From an uncultured delta proteobacterium (lineage in GTDB: Bacteria; Desulfobacterota; WTBG01), in NCBI GenBank assembly GCA_963793865.1, contig CAWCBP010000008.1, positions 256,001-320,000 of the forward strand: DNA of 64,000 bases, in the 5' to 3' direction. Of this stretch, positions 12,316-23,002 are shown piece by piece. Made by a program: the position numbers and the translations under genes. Under the pieces are notes generated by a model. That model saw only the letters and a list, made by a program, of their open reading frames with translations, was not told the DNA's origin and did not search any database. How positions within the stretch are numbered: the first letter of the stretch is position 1; every line of letters begins with the position of its first letter.

Positions 12316-13067
12316 AAGGTGAGCCCATGTTTTTCCGGCCACGCTATGAGCTCAAGTATCTCATCCCCGCTTCGCGTGCACATGCTATTGCAGGCAAGCT
12401 GACCGGCCGCTGCCATCAGGACGACAACGGGCAGGAAGGCTCGTATATTAATGAATCCCTCTACTTCGACTCCCCCCTGTTTGATTTTTATTTTCATAAG
12501 CGGGACGGGGTAAAACTGCGGAGAAAGGTGCGCGTCCGGCGCTATGGAGATACCGGCCCCTGGGAAAGGGTTTTTGTGGAAGTGAAGCGCAGGAACGGGC
12601 AGTATATTGAAAAGGGCCGCTTCCCCCTGGCCGGGGATATGCTCCCCGTGCTTTTTAATCCTTCGCACAGAAGTGACATCGGTCAGGGTTTATCGCCCGC
12701 GGCGCTGCAGGTATATAATGAGGTGCTCTCATTAGCCCAGCTCTATCAGCTGCGTCCGGCCATTTTCATCCGCTACCGGAGGCGCGCGTTTTGGGCTGAA
12801 GGCGACGAACGCCTGCGGATCACCTTTGATTCAGACCTGTGTTATGACCTGGTAAACCGGGATTGCTCGCGCCCGCTTGAAAACACCCGGTTTATCTTTG
12901 ATGCCGACCTGATGGTCATGGAAATAAAGGCCAACGGGCGGGTTCCCTTCTGGGTGCTGCAGCTCATTCAGGAGTTTGAGTGTCAGATGACCCGCCTTTC
13001 CAAATATTGCCTGGGCATTGAGCATGCCCACGACATGGCCGGCAGGAGCGTGGAACGCCCGCGGTGA
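12312..13067 (+). CDS. VTC (polyphosphate polymerase-like, CYTH fold) domain protein
   Basis: RYELKY, SLYFDSP, RRKVRVRRY, RLRITFD, MEIK, SKYC; ATG at 12327 is a likely start. Confidence 0.9.
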   Translation: MKGEPMFFRPRYELKYLIPASRAHAIAGKLTGRCHQDDNGQEGSYINESLYFDSPLFDFYFHKRDGVKLRRKVRVRRYGDTGPWERVFVEVKRRNGQYIEKGRFPLAGDMLPVLFNPSHRSDIGQGLSPAALQVYNEVLSLAQLYQLRPAIFIRYRRRAFWAEGDERLRITFDSDLCYDLVNRDCSRPLENTRFIFDADLMVMEIKANGRVPFWVLQLIQEFECQMTRLSKYCLGIEHAHDMAGRSVERPR

Positions 13068-13162
13068 AACATTCTCAGCCGGGCGCGGTGAGCCGGCACA
13101 CGCCGAGCGAGGATAAGCTGCTGCTGCAGCTCCCGGATCAACTCATGAGGTAAGGGAAAACC

Positions 13163-13843
13163 ATGGAAGCCTTCACAGCATTTTTAAATTTTCAGCACGT
13201 CACCTTCGCGGGACTTGTGACCATCCTGGTGCTGAGCACGGTTCTCTGCATGATCAGCGCAACGGTGTACCGGTACTGCATGCGCGGCGCATCCTATTCG
13301 CAGACGTTTCAGCAGACCATCGTGCTCATGGGCATCATCGTGTCGGTGATCATGCTCATCATCGGGAGCAACATCGCGCGCGCCTTCTCGCTGGTGGGTG
13401 CCCTCTCGATCATCCGCTTCAGAACCGCCATCAAGGACCCGATGGATGTGGCCTATCTCTTCTTTTCCATGGCGGTGGGCATGGCCTGCGGGACCCAATT
13501 CTATGGCGTCGCCATCGTGACCACCTTTTTCATTTCCGCGGTGATCATTCTGCTCACCCGGCTGAATTTTGGCAGCAAGATCTTTCCCGAGCATTTTCTG
13601 GAAATGCAGTTTGTCACCGGGTCTGATCCCCATGCGCTCCTGGCCGGCTGTCTGGAGGAGTTTACCATCCGCTCAACCTGCAACCGCATCGAAACGGTTA
13701 TGGGCGGCGCAATGCTTGAAACGAGCTACACCCTGCAGCTCAAACCCGGGGTGTCGGAGAACGATTTTCTGGGCAGGCTGCGCGAGATCAACGGCAATAA
13801 TAAAGTCAGGTTGATCTTTAAATCGCCGGGATTTGAAATTTGA
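13163..13843 (+). CDS. DUF4956 family membrane protein
   Basis: IGSNIARAFSLVGALSIIRFRTAIKDP, AVGMACG. Confidence 0.92.
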   Translation: MEAFTAFLNFQHVTFAGLVTILVLSTVLCMISATVYRYCMRGASYSQTFQQTIVLMGIIVSVIMLIIGSNIARAFSLVGALSIIRFRTAIKDPMDVAYLFFSMAVGMACGTQFYGVAIVTTFFISAVIILLTRLNFGSKIFPEHFLEMQFVTGSDPHALLAGCLEEFTIRSTCNRIETVMGGAMLETSYTLQLKPGVSENDFLGRLREINGNNKVRLIFKSPGFEI

Positions 13844-13852
13844 AAGGATGAG

Positions 13853-16603
13853 GTGGCAAGAATCAGACCGGTGAAACAAAAGGCATTGCTGATAGCGGTA
13901 ACCGTGCTTGCCGCGTGCATGACCGGCGCTGTGCTTCTGGATGCATACTGCAGAAGTGTTTTCCCCGGAGCACTCTATGCCAATTACAGGAATTTTCTGG
14001 CGCACTATCTCAGGGAGATAGTGCTTCAGGGTTTGATCATCTCCCCCGCCGAAAACGCGCTCTTCACAAAGCAGGAAAATCTCTCCACCACCCGGCTGCC
14101 GGTCTGGGAAATCAGCCTTAAGGGAGAGAAGCTGGCCGCGCTGAACCGGGACCTTCCGGCAAGCGGGCAGGTCTATCAGTCCGGCACCATCCGCATTAAC
14201 GGCGCTGCTTATCCCGCGCGCTTTCGCTTCCGGGGCGACAGTTTCTGGCACTGGATGAGCAAGCAGAAGTCGTGGAAGATCCGCTTGAAGGATGATGCCC
14301 GCTTTGAGGGAAAAAGGGAATTTAATCTGGTCAACCCCAAGTCGACCACGGCGCTGCACTGGCCGGTGGCCTCGCACCTCGCCCGTTCGATGGGATTGCT
14401 CACGCCGCGGGTGGAGCACGTGCACGCCCGTTTAAACGGCCGCTATCTGGGGGTTCTCTACCTCCTGGAGAATTTTGATCACACCTTTACCGTGCACAAT
14501 GGGTTGCCGGAGGGCGCCCTCTACGAAGATGAAGCGCGGGGCCTTTTTAACCCTTCCTGGGAAGAACTCAACAATTGGAACATCAGGCCGCCTGACTCCA
14601 ACCAGAAGCGCCAGGCCGGCACCACCCCCGCCGACGCTTACGAGCAACACCTCAGTCAGCTTTTGGGGCTTTCCCGGTTGAGCGACGAGGCGTTGTTTTA
14701 TCAAAAGCTGGGCGAGCTGGTTGACCTCGAGCAGTATCTCGCCTGGTGGGCCCACGCCATTTTGTGCTTCGATATACACCAGGACCGTCAGCATAACAAC
14801 CGGCTTTATTTTGACCCCACCGCCGCGAAGTTCCGCCCCATTCCCTGGGATACCCTGATCGGCATTGATCCGCAGAGCACCATAGATCTGGATATGAATC
14901 CGATTGTAGCGCGGCTGTTGCAATCTCCTGAACTGATTCATCAGAGAAACAAGGTGCTGTGGGAGGCGCTGCAGGGACCGGTGCAGATTGACAAAATTCT
15001 GGCATGGATTGACAGCACGGCGGAGCTCATCAGGGAGGACATCTATTGCGATCCCTATAAGGACGCCCGGTTTTTTACCCTTGCGCCATTGGCGAGTCTG
15101 CAAACCGGGAAAATTCAGCTCACCCAGTGCATGCTGCCGGTATCCAACAGAATGTTTGAGCGGGATGTGCGGGTGATGAAGGACTTCTTCATCAAGCGAA
15201 GCATATATCTCCAGGAGGTCCTTGCCGCCTCTGAAACCGAGCTGTGGTTTGGACCGCCCCGGTCTTCGGATAATCCGGAGGGGGGGTCCGCTCTCACCCT
15301 GGGAGAAGTCGACCTGCGCATTGCCGGCCAGGCGGGAGTGGTGGTCAGGGAAATCCGGGTGGCCATGCCGTCCCTGCCCGTGGATGCCCGGCTGGTGCTG
15401 TTCTACGGCAATAACCGGCTGCTCATTCAAAAGGCGGGCACGAGGATCAGCGATGACGGCACACCGGACGCGGCGGTATATGCCTTTGAGCTTGATGAGC
15501 TTCTGCTTCCCGGAAGGACGACAGAGGCCCCCCATGGCCCGCAGGCGGTGAGCTATTCATTCACGGTGGCCGTCAATGGTGCGGTCGTTTCTCCGGGCGC
15601 CCCACACTATGCTGAGGCAAGAGGGGAGCACGCATTAACCCGGCAGGGTATTCTCCTTAAGGTCCCTTTTGCCGCCGCCGCGGGGGACAAGGCCGGTGTG
15701 CCCCCCGGCAGGTTTCAAAAACCCGCGCGTCCGGCGGAGCGGGTGGTCTGGCAGGGACGGGTGATCGTCGAGGCGGATAGACGCATAGGCGCGCATGAGG
15801 TGCTGATCATCGAACCGGGAACAGAGGCAGTCTTTGCTGAAGGCGCGTCGCTCCTGTCCTACGGAAGGGTCGAGGCCGTCGGCACTGAGCAGGCCCCGAT
15901 TCTTTTTACCCGTGCCCCGGGCGCCGCTTCATGGGGCGTCCTGGCCGTCCAGGGATCAGCCGCCGACGGTTCGGTTTTTGAGCACTGCATCTTCGAACAT
16001 AGCGGTGAGGACGAGGTTGACCGGGTTCATTACAGCGGGGCACTGTCGCTCTATAATGCAGATGCGAAGGTTACAAATTGTGTGTTCCGTTTCAGCCAGG
16101 GCGATGACGGGCTTAATACCAAATTCTCTACCACTGATGTTGTTCGCTCAGTCTTCCTTGACAATAAGGCAGATGCCTACGATTTGGATTTTTCCGGCGG
16201 ACTGGTGGCATGGAACAGTTTCGAAAACAATGGCAACGACGCCATCGATTGCGGCACCTCACATCCGACGATCAGCAACAATCGCATTCTGTCGGGAGGC
16301 GACAAGGGTATTTCTATCGGAGAGAGGTCACGGCCGGTGGTGGAGAACAATTTCATCGCCCGCTGTCCGATCGGCATCGCGGTGAAAGATCAATCGCAGC
16401 CGGTAATCCGGAAGAACGAACTGGTGTCCAATGCCGTCGGGGTGAGCGCCTACCAGAAGAAGAAGGTTTTCGGCGGCGTGCATGCCACGGTTGCGCAGTG
16501 CACGTTTAAAGGGCAGGGAAAACCGTATGAGACCGATGCGGTATCCTCCGTCGCCCTGGTGGATTGTGTCATTGAAGATACTGCATCCCTAACCGCTAAG
16601 TAA
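13853..16603 (+). CDS. CotH kinase family protein with C-terminal right-handed beta-helix
   Basis: N-terminal signal/anchor, RFRGDS...KSWKI, NGRYLGVLYLLE, HNNRLY, PIPWD; C-terminal DAYDLD/DAIDC/DKGISIGE/IGIAVKD beta-helix repeats. Confidence 0.88.
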   Translation: MARIRPVKQKALLIAVTVLAACMTGAVLLDAYCRSVFPGALYANYRNFLAHYLREIVLQGLIISPAENALFTKQENLSTTRLPVWEISLKGEKLAALNRDLPASGQVYQSGTIRINGAAYPARFRFRGDSFWHWMSKQKSWKIRLKDDARFEGKREFNLVNPKSTTALHWPVASHLARSMGLLTPRVEHVHARLNGRYLGVLYLLENFDHTFTVHNGLPEGALYEDEARGLFNPSWEELNNWNIRPPDSNQKRQAGTTPADAYEQHLSQLLGLSRLSDEALFYQKLGELVDLEQYLAWWAHAILCFDIHQDRQHNNRLYFDPTAAKFRPIPWDTLIGIDPQSTIDLDMNPIVARLLQSPELIHQRNKVLWEALQGPVQIDKILAWIDSTAELIREDIYCDPYKDARFFTLAPLASLQTGKIQLTQCMLPVSNRMFERDVRVMKDFFIKRSIYLQEVLAASETELWFGPPRSSDNPEGGSALTLGEVDLRIAGQAGVVVREIRVAMPSLPVDARLVLFYGNNRLLIQKAGTRISDDGTPDAAVYAFELDELLLPGRTTEAPHGPQAVSYSFTVAVNGAVVSPGAPHYAEARGEHALTRQGILLKVPFAAAAGDKAGVPPGRFQKPARPAERVVWQGRVIVEADRRIGAHEVLIIEPGTEAVFAEGASLLSYGRVEAVGTEQAPILFTRAPGAASWGVLAVQGSAADGSVFEHCIFEHSGEDEVDRVHYSGALSLYNADAKVTNCVFRFSQGDDGLNTKFSTTDVVRSVFLDNKADAYDLDFSGGLVAWNSFENNGNDAIDCGTSHPTISNNRILSGGDKGISIGERSRPVVENNFIARCPIGIAVKDQSQPVIRKNELVSNAVGVSAYQKKKVFGGVHATVAQCTFKGQGKPYETDAVSSVALVDCVIEDTASLTAK

Positions 16604-16614
16604 AGGGCGGTCAC

Positions 16615-17739
16615 ATGAGAGGGACACTGCGGCTTTGCCTGATCCTGATAGTTGTATGCCTCTGGTTTCCCGGCAATGCCCGGTGCCGGCAGCGGAACGG
16701 AGAAGAGGGTTTTTTCATGGTTTCAGGCCACCTCTATGACCTGTCCCGGGAGGTGGGAGTAAAACAGGAGTTTTTAACCAGGGCCATTCCCTTTATCAAT
16801 AGCACGAATCCGGACTTTCTCATCCTCACCGGGGATGTTGTGTTTGCGGTTACCAATCAGGGGCCCCGTTCCCTCGAGACAATCAGGGCGCAATACCGGT
16901 ATCTCGTTCCCACGGTATTTGATAAGATCGCCACAAAGATTTATTCAGTGGCGGGAAATCATGATACGGGCAAGAATCCCTATCCGCCCGCGGTGGAGCT
17001 TTTTGAAAAAAACCTCAATCCACTTTCCTTTACCTTTGAACACAAAGGATCGCTCTTTCTCTTTCTCTCCCTCTACCGGCCCTTCCCCCATATGGAAACA
17101 GGCAGCGCCTTTTCCCGCATAACCCGCGTATGGGCTGATTATGATACCGCAGCGTCCCGGGCCCTTTTAGATGAACTGAGAAGCAGACTGCAGGGGAAAT
17201 ATGACCATATTTTTATCTTTATGCATTTTTCTCCGCTGACCGAATTTCGCATCGGCTATTATTGGACCAATTATCTTGTGCCGCTTCTCTCGTCTTTGGA
17301 GCAGGATGTTCATATATTTTCAACCTCGCAGCTTGCCAAACCGCCCTTTGCCTTCCCCGAAAATCAGGTGGTTGCTTTTAAGAACCTGCGCTTTTATTGT
17401 TTCGCGGAATTTCCGGTCGGGAGCTACCTGGTTAATTATGAGGCCGAAAAGGTCAGGGTGCAATTGATGCGAGGCAGCAATTTTGCGTCTTCTCCCCTGA
17501 AGGAAACGCCTTACCGGCCGACCACCCGGTTTTCAATGCTTAAGAGTCACCTTTATTTCTGGTGCATCCTTGTCCCCAAGGGAAAACTGAAGCAGTATTG
17601 GCTGGAATATGCCGGTATCATTAGCAGGTTGTTGAAAAAGTGGTTTTCCCAGGCTGTTCAAAAACAGCCCAGGTGCAAGGCACGCGAAATCCTGAGGAAT
17701 GAGGCGTACATGCGAGTACGCTGCAATGACGAAGGATGA
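16615..17739 (+). CDS. Secreted calcineurin-like metallophosphoesterase
   Basis: Signal peptide, LILTGD, AGNHD, FMH motifs; last ~38 codons come from an inserted MITE. Confidence 0.8.
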   Translation: MRGTLRLCLILIVVCLWFPGNARCRQRNGEEGFFMVSGHLYDLSREVGVKQEFLTRAIPFINSTNPDFLILTGDVVFAVTNQGPRSLETIRAQYRYLVPTVFDKIATKIYSVAGNHDTGKNPYPPAVELFEKNLNPLSFTFEHKGSLFLFLSLYRPFPHMETGSAFSRITRVWADYDTAASRALLDELRSRLQGKYDHIFIFMHFSPLTEFRIGYYWTNYLVPLLSSLEQDVHIFSTSQLAKPPFAFPENQVVAFKNLRFYCFAEFPVGSYLVNYEAEKVRVQLMRGSNFASSPLKETPYRPTTRFSMLKSHLYFWCILVPKGKLKQYWLEYAGIISRLLKKWFSQAVQKQPRCKAREILRNEAYMRVRCNDEG

Positions 17740-17775
17740 GCGTAACGCAGGGGATGGATGTTTTTCAACAGCCTG
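17625..17775. mobile_element. MITE (~150 bp) with terminal inverted repeats and TTAG direct repeat
   Basis: Ends caggttgttgaaaaa / tttttcaacagcctg (1 mismatch in 15); TTAG at 17621-17624 and 17776-17779. Confidence 0.75.
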
Positions 17776-17826
17776 TTAGAAAGTATTTTAAACAACTGCT
17801 CCAGTGTTTATGAAAGCAGCTTTGCC

Positions 17827-19268
17827 ATGCTTGTACGATCGCTCCAAAGCCATAATAAAACAATTTATGCGTCCGCGCTGATGGTCCTTTCGGCGTGCCT
17901 GCTCTTCTCCGATCTGGGCAGCGGTCTGATGCCGCCTATTGATGATTGCTACTTTGCGCAAAAGGCGAAGGAAATGATCCGGACAGGTGACTGGCTTACC
18001 TTGCGGTATGCCGGTGACGTCAGCCTGGACCATGCCCCCCTCTATATCTGGCTTATCGCGGCTGGGTTTAAACTTTTCGGGATCAATGAGTTTGCCGCCC
18101 GTTTTTTTTCTGCCTGTTTCGGGATTGCGACCATCATCGCTGTCTACTACCTGGGCAGGATGCTCTTTGATGAGTGGGTGGGGCTTTTTTCATCCCTGGT
18201 GCTTCTGACCACAGGCACCTTTTTCATGTATGCGCGGCGGGCGATGTTTGACGTGACCTTCACCTTCTGGGTTGTCCTGGCGCTCATCTTTTTTATCAAG
18301 GGACTGAAAAAAAGAGAATACTTCCTGCTCTTCGGCGCGTCCACGGGCATGGCGATTCTTACCAAGAGCGTAATCGGATTCTCCCCGCTGCTCATCGCTT
18401 TCCTGTATCTTGTGCTTGCAAAGGAATACAAGCGGATTGTGGATCCGTTCTTTATCTGCGGATGCCTGTTTGCCGTCTTCATCAGCGCACCCTGGTTTGC
18501 CTATCAATATATCAACCACCGGTTCCATTTTGTCGAGGGGCATATCAAGTGGCTGCTTTTCAAGAGCGCGGTTGAACATGAAAATGCAATCTCTCCCGCG
18601 TGGTATGTGAAACAGCTGCTGGCGGTGTACTGGCCCTGGCTTCCTTTTGCACCTACGCCTTTATCATGGCCATGGTCAGCAATGTCAAACGGTTTGACTC
18701 CCGGACCTTGATTCTATTGTGCTGGACCATAGCCATTGTCGGCGTGATGAGCTGCATGAAGGTGAGAAAAATTCACTATATTATGACCGCATTCCCCCCC
18801 CTGGCGCTGTTCAGCGCCATTGCCTTGAGCAGCTTGCTGAGGCGGGAGCGGATCAGGCATTGCGTTGCGCTGGGCTTTTTAACCATATTATTCATATCAG
18901 CCCTCATGGTTATTGCTACGCCCCTTAAACTGCCCCCCCAATTGCGTGAGGATAACTATTTTGAAAATCTGGTGGATGATACGCACGCAGTTGCCTTGTT
19001 TGCCAGAGACCATTTTCCTCAGGATGAAAAAATTCTCCTCTATCGCGAATGGCTGTGGCGGATCAGAAGCACCTACTTGTTCTATTCTGATCGGGACGTC
19101 TCCGGTTCGATCGATGATGCGCAGCTGTTCATGCGCACACTCAAAGAGGGTGAGGTGAAGTACGGTCTCACTACCAGGGAAAATTTTAGGGAGTTGCTTC
19201 AGCTGGAGCAATTCCGGCCGGAGATACTGAAAGAAACAGAGTCACTGATTCTCTTCACCACCACCTGA
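17827..19268 (+). CDS. ArnT/PMT-family (GT39/GT83-like) glycosyltransferase, frameshift near 18650
   Basis: DDCYFAQKAKEM, DHAPLYIWL, FGINEFAARF, LTKS, WLPF; continues in ORF 18600..19268 (KIHYIMTAFPPLAL). Confidence 0.88.
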
Positions 19269-19317
19269 GCCGCCGAGATTCACCTTCACTGTCGGCAGGA
19301 TAAGAGCGATTTTCAGC

Positions 19318-21039
19318 ATGAACACGTATCTTTCACCCCGAACAGCTATGGTTGCCATCGTCCTGTTCTACGGTGTCTTTTCTCTTTTCAACTACTGCAT
19401 GATTGAGGAGGACGCCTTTATTTTTTTTAGATTTGTTGAGAATATAGTTAATGGGAACGGTCATGTCTTTAACCGGCCGGATGGCAGAATCGAAGCGTGC
19501 AGCTCATTGCCCTGGCTGTATCTTCTGGTTCTTTTTCGTGCGTTCGGTTGTGATCTTCCCACCGTCTCAAAAATGCTGGGTATTTGCTTTGGCGGTGTCT
19601 CTCTTCTGTTAACGTACCGGATAAGCAGAGCCCTTGCCTCCACGGTCACCTGGGCTATCATACCCCCGCTGCTCACCTCCCTCAGCGTGCCGTATCTTTT
19701 CTGGAATCAGATGGGAATGGAAACGGCGCTCTACACCGCAATCTTTCTTCTCTTCGTTCTCGTCTGTCTTGACACCTCCCGGTTTTTCTGGTGGCCCGTG
19801 TGCGCGGTGCTGCTGGTTGTGACACGGCCGGAAGGAATGTTTATTGCGGCAGGGATGATTCCCGCATTCCTGTTTGCCGGAGGATGGACCAAAGAGATGC
19901 GCCGTTCAGTTGCGTTATTTGTAACTGCAGTCATCATGCTGTTCGCGGCACGATTCCTTTACTTCCATGATTTTTTTCCCAGCGCTTTCTATCATAAGGT
20001 TTCCCCCGGCCAGGCCGGGGAGGGACTGTATTACGTCCACATGTTTTTCAGGGATCATTTTGTCTACGCCCTTTGCGTCCCGGTGGCCTGTGTTATGGGC
20101 TGGAGGTGGAACTGGGAAAGAAAAAGGCTGATCGTATTCTCTTTTATTGTTGTTTATCTGACCTGGGTGGTGCTTGCCGGCAAAGAGTTCGGCAAGCCCT
20201 TTTACCGTCCGCTGGTGCCGGTCATTCCGGTTATCTATATCTATGCCGTCACCGCGCTTGAAAAGATACTCGCCGGAGGGAGGGCGCGATGGAAGTTTCT
20301 TGCCTATGGTTATATTGTGCTTTTTGCCATAGCCGCCCTGCTGCTCTCAAGGAATTACTGGCAACTTCATTTGCGCATTCCAAATCCGGTATGGGAAAAC
20401 ATTAAATACGTGTATGCCAATCCCAGTGTTGCCGCAGTATACCGGGCGCGGATTGCTGAACCGCTCAGGAGCAGGCAGGTGCTGATAGGGGATTTTATCA
20501 GGAGAAATTATGCGCCGGGATCAACACTCGTGTATGATCAGATGGGCGCGGTTCCCTACCGGGCAGGCATTGAATATAATTTTATTGATACCTTGGGATT
20601 GACCGATAAGACCGTAGGGTATTACTATTTTCATCAGAGAATCAGCGGCAGCATGTGGTTGGGATACTATGAAGGAGTTTTGCGCCGGTGCGTCAGGGCC
20701 TTTTCCCCCGCCGCAAAATTTTGCGATACCAAAGTTGACGTGCTTGATTATCTGTTCACAAAGCGCCCCGACCTTATCCTGGTCTGGGAGTATCTACTCT
20801 CTTTTGAGCACAATCTGGCCTATGCGCTGATGAGTGATAAGCGGTTTCTGGATAACTATGACCTGTCTTATTTCATCAGCGGCACATTCTTTTTGAGAAA
20901 AAAGGACTGGTCCGGAAATCCCCGGACATTCCCCCGGGGCTCTCCGTGGTGCCTGCTGAGGAGATACCCGGTGTGTTACCAAAAGATCACCCGCTGTTTC
21001 AATTCACCGCTCTGCAACTCCATCGCAGCGTCGAAGTGA
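19318..21039 (+). CDS. Polytopic GT-C-like membrane protein
   Basis: EEDAFIFFRF, GMETAL, TRPEG, RPLVP, GAVPY, IDTLGLTD; probable frameshift near 20890. Confidence 0.7.
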   Translation: MNTYLSPRTAMVAIVLFYGVFSLFNYCMIEEDAFIFFRFVENIVNGNGHVFNRPDGRIEACSSLPWLYLLVLFRAFGCDLPTVSKMLGICFGGVSLLLTYRISRALASTVTWAIIPPLLTSLSVPYLFWNQMGMETALYTAIFLLFVLVCLDTSRFFWWPVCAVLLVVTRPEGMFIAAGMIPAFLFAGGWTKEMRRSVALFVTAVIMLFAARFLYFHDFFPSAFYHKVSPGQAGEGLYYVHMFFRDHFVYALCVPVACVMGWRWNWERKRLIVFSFIVVYLTWVVLAGKEFGKPFYRPLVPVIPVIYIYAVTALEKILAGGRARWKFLAYGYIVLFAIAALLLSRNYWQLHLRIPNPVWENIKYVYANPSVAAVYRARIAEPLRSRQVLIGDFIRRNYAPGSTLVYDQMGAVPYRAGIEYNFIDTLGLTDKTVGYYYFHQRISGSMWLGYYEGVLRRCVRAFSPAAKFCDTKVDVLDYLFTKRPDLILVWEYLLSFEHNLAYALMSDKRFLDNYDLSYFISGTFFLRKKDWSGNPRTFPRGSPWCLLRRYPVCYQKITRCFNSPLCNSIAASK

Positions 21040-21202
21040 CACCCCCGGAGAAAAAGTGATTCCCGGGTTGCAGGCCATGCCAATTACGCTTGCGCCGGGG
21101 AGGTTGATGCACTATAGTACGGTAACGTGCGGTTGATGTATCTTCAGGTAAAGATGAAGCATTGGAATACAGCGGAACCGCTTGCGGAGCAGTCGTACAT
21201 TT

Positions 21203-22981
21203 ATGATTGCCGGATTAAAAAAATGGATACAGGTGCTTGACCGCGTCGGCGGACCGACGATGAGCGCCTGTGCATTCGCCGGTGCGAGTGTGGGGGTCGC
21301 GGTTTCATTGTATTCCCTGTGCGCTGCGGCCTACGCATATTTCACCCGCACCCACCCCCTCAACTGGATGGCGTTACCGTTTGATTTCTTGAAGTCAAAA
21401 GAATGGATGCTGGTGATCGGAATGCTCTCCTCGTCCCTCCTCACCATAATCACCTTTTCTGCTATAGGAGGTTTGATAGGGCTCGGGCTGCATTTCATTT
21501 TCAGCCGGGGTAAGGCATCGTTCGCCATCCAACCGGCGTTTGCACGCAGCAAAAAGATTGAGGCCGTGGCAGCAGCTGCATGCGCATATTCCCTGATTGT
21601 GTGCTGCGGGGTGTACATTCTTTTTGGGTTGCTCTTGCTGCTCGCCTCTCCGGGGGGTGAAAAACGAGCTGGCGGCAGCCGGGAAGCACCGAATGTTATC
21701 CTGATTACCATCGATGCCTTGAGACCGGACCACCTCTCATGCTACGGTTATCCGCTGCCCACCAGCCCTCACATTGATGCGCTTGCCGCGGAATCAAGCT
21801 TGTTTGCCAATGCCATTTCCGTTTCTCCCTTCACCCTCGGCGCGGTTCCCTGTATGATGACCTCCCTGTACCCGGGACAGATCGGAATGGGTGAGAAAGA
21901 AATCCTGGCGCTGGCGCACCGCAATACCACCCTTGCGGAACTGTTGCAGCAAGATGGATATGAAACCGCTGCGTTCGTGGGAAACTACTTTCTTCGGAAG
22001 GAATTTAACATATGGCAGGGATTTTACATCTACGATGACGCCTTTTCCTCCCGGGAATTACAGCGGGGGTTTCCGGAAGAGGCGGCCGGGCAGCTTACCG
22101 AAAAGGCGATGGACTGGCTGAGAAGTGTTCATGGCACAAAATTCTTTCTCTGGCTTCATTATCAGGACCCGCATGGCCCCTATACGCCGCCTTCCCCCTT
22201 TAACAGTGCATTCAAGAGAAATCAGTACTCCCCCCGCAGTCCCGTTCCGCTGCTGGAAGACAATTCCGGATACGGCGGAATTCCACGGTATCAGGTCATC
22301 AATGGAGAGCGGGATCCGAACTATTACCTTTCCCAGTATGATGGGGAAATAAGCTACACCGACCACCATATTGGTTTGCTGCTGGCAGAGCTGAAAAGAC
22401 TGGGCGAATATGACACCACCGCGATCATCATCACCGCTGACCATGGTGAAGCCATGGCCGGTGAGGGAGGCTATTACTTTTGCCATGGGGAAACGGTGAG
22501 GGACGAGATCATAAAAATCCCGCTGGTGATAAAACTCCCCGGCGTGAAAGAGGGGAAACGCGTCTCCACCCAGGTTTCATCTTTGGACATTGCGCCCACC
22601 ATCCTGGAGGAGGCGCATATCGCGCTGACTGATGCAATCATGGGCGAGTCACTGATGGGGCTGATGCAGGGGGGGCACTACAACCGGACGTACGCCTACA
22701 GCCACAAGGCATCAATGGATCGCCCGAGCAGGGCCATACGAACCAATGAACACAAGCTGGTGATGAGCGGCGACACCCTGGGTCTCTATGACCTGACCGC
22801 CGACCCCGCGGAACGGGAGAACATCTATGACCGGGAGGACATGCGGGCGGTTGCAAAACTGTTCAAGCAGGCATTGGACGATCACGTGCAGAAGCTGAAG
22901 GCAAGCTCACCGCTTTACAAGCATACGGTGGTAGACGAGAGGACCAAGACCATGCTCAAGGCGCTGGGCTACGTTGACTAG
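21203..22981 (+). CDS. Membrane-anchored sulfatase-like hydrolase/transferase
   Basis: N-terminal TMs, PNVILITIDALRPDHL, FTLGAVPCMMTSLYP, HYQDPHGPY, YDGEI, TADHGE, LKALGYV. Confidence 0.88.
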   Translation: MIAGLKKWIQVLDRVGGPTMSACAFAGASVGVAVSLYSLCAAAYAYFTRTHPLNWMALPFDFLKSKEWMLVIGMLSSSLLTIITFSAIGGLIGLGLHFIFSRGKASFAIQPAFARSKKIEAVAAAACAYSLIVCCGVYILFGLLLLLASPGGEKRAGGSREAPNVILITIDALRPDHLSCYGYPLPTSPHIDALAAESSLFANAISVSPFTLGAVPCMMTSLYPGQIGMGEKEILALAHRNTTLAELLQQDGYETAAFVGNYFLRKEFNIWQGFYIYDDAFSSRELQRGFPEEAAGQLTEKAMDWLRSVHGTKFFLWLHYQDPHGPYTPPSPFNSAFKRNQYSPRSPVPLLEDNSGYGGIPRYQVINGERDPNYYLSQYDGEISYTDHHIGLLLAELKRLGEYDTTAIIITADHGEAMAGEGGYYFCHGETVRDEIIKIPLVIKLPGVKEGKRVSTQVSSLDIAPTILEEAHIALTDAIMGESLMGLMQGGHYNRTYAYSHKASMDRPSRAIRTNEHKLVMSGDTLGLYDLTADPAERENIYDREDMRAVAKLFKQALDDHVQKLKASSPLYKHTVVDERTKTMLKALGYVD

Positions 22982-23002
22982 GTTGCCGGAGCATCGCTCC
23001 CG

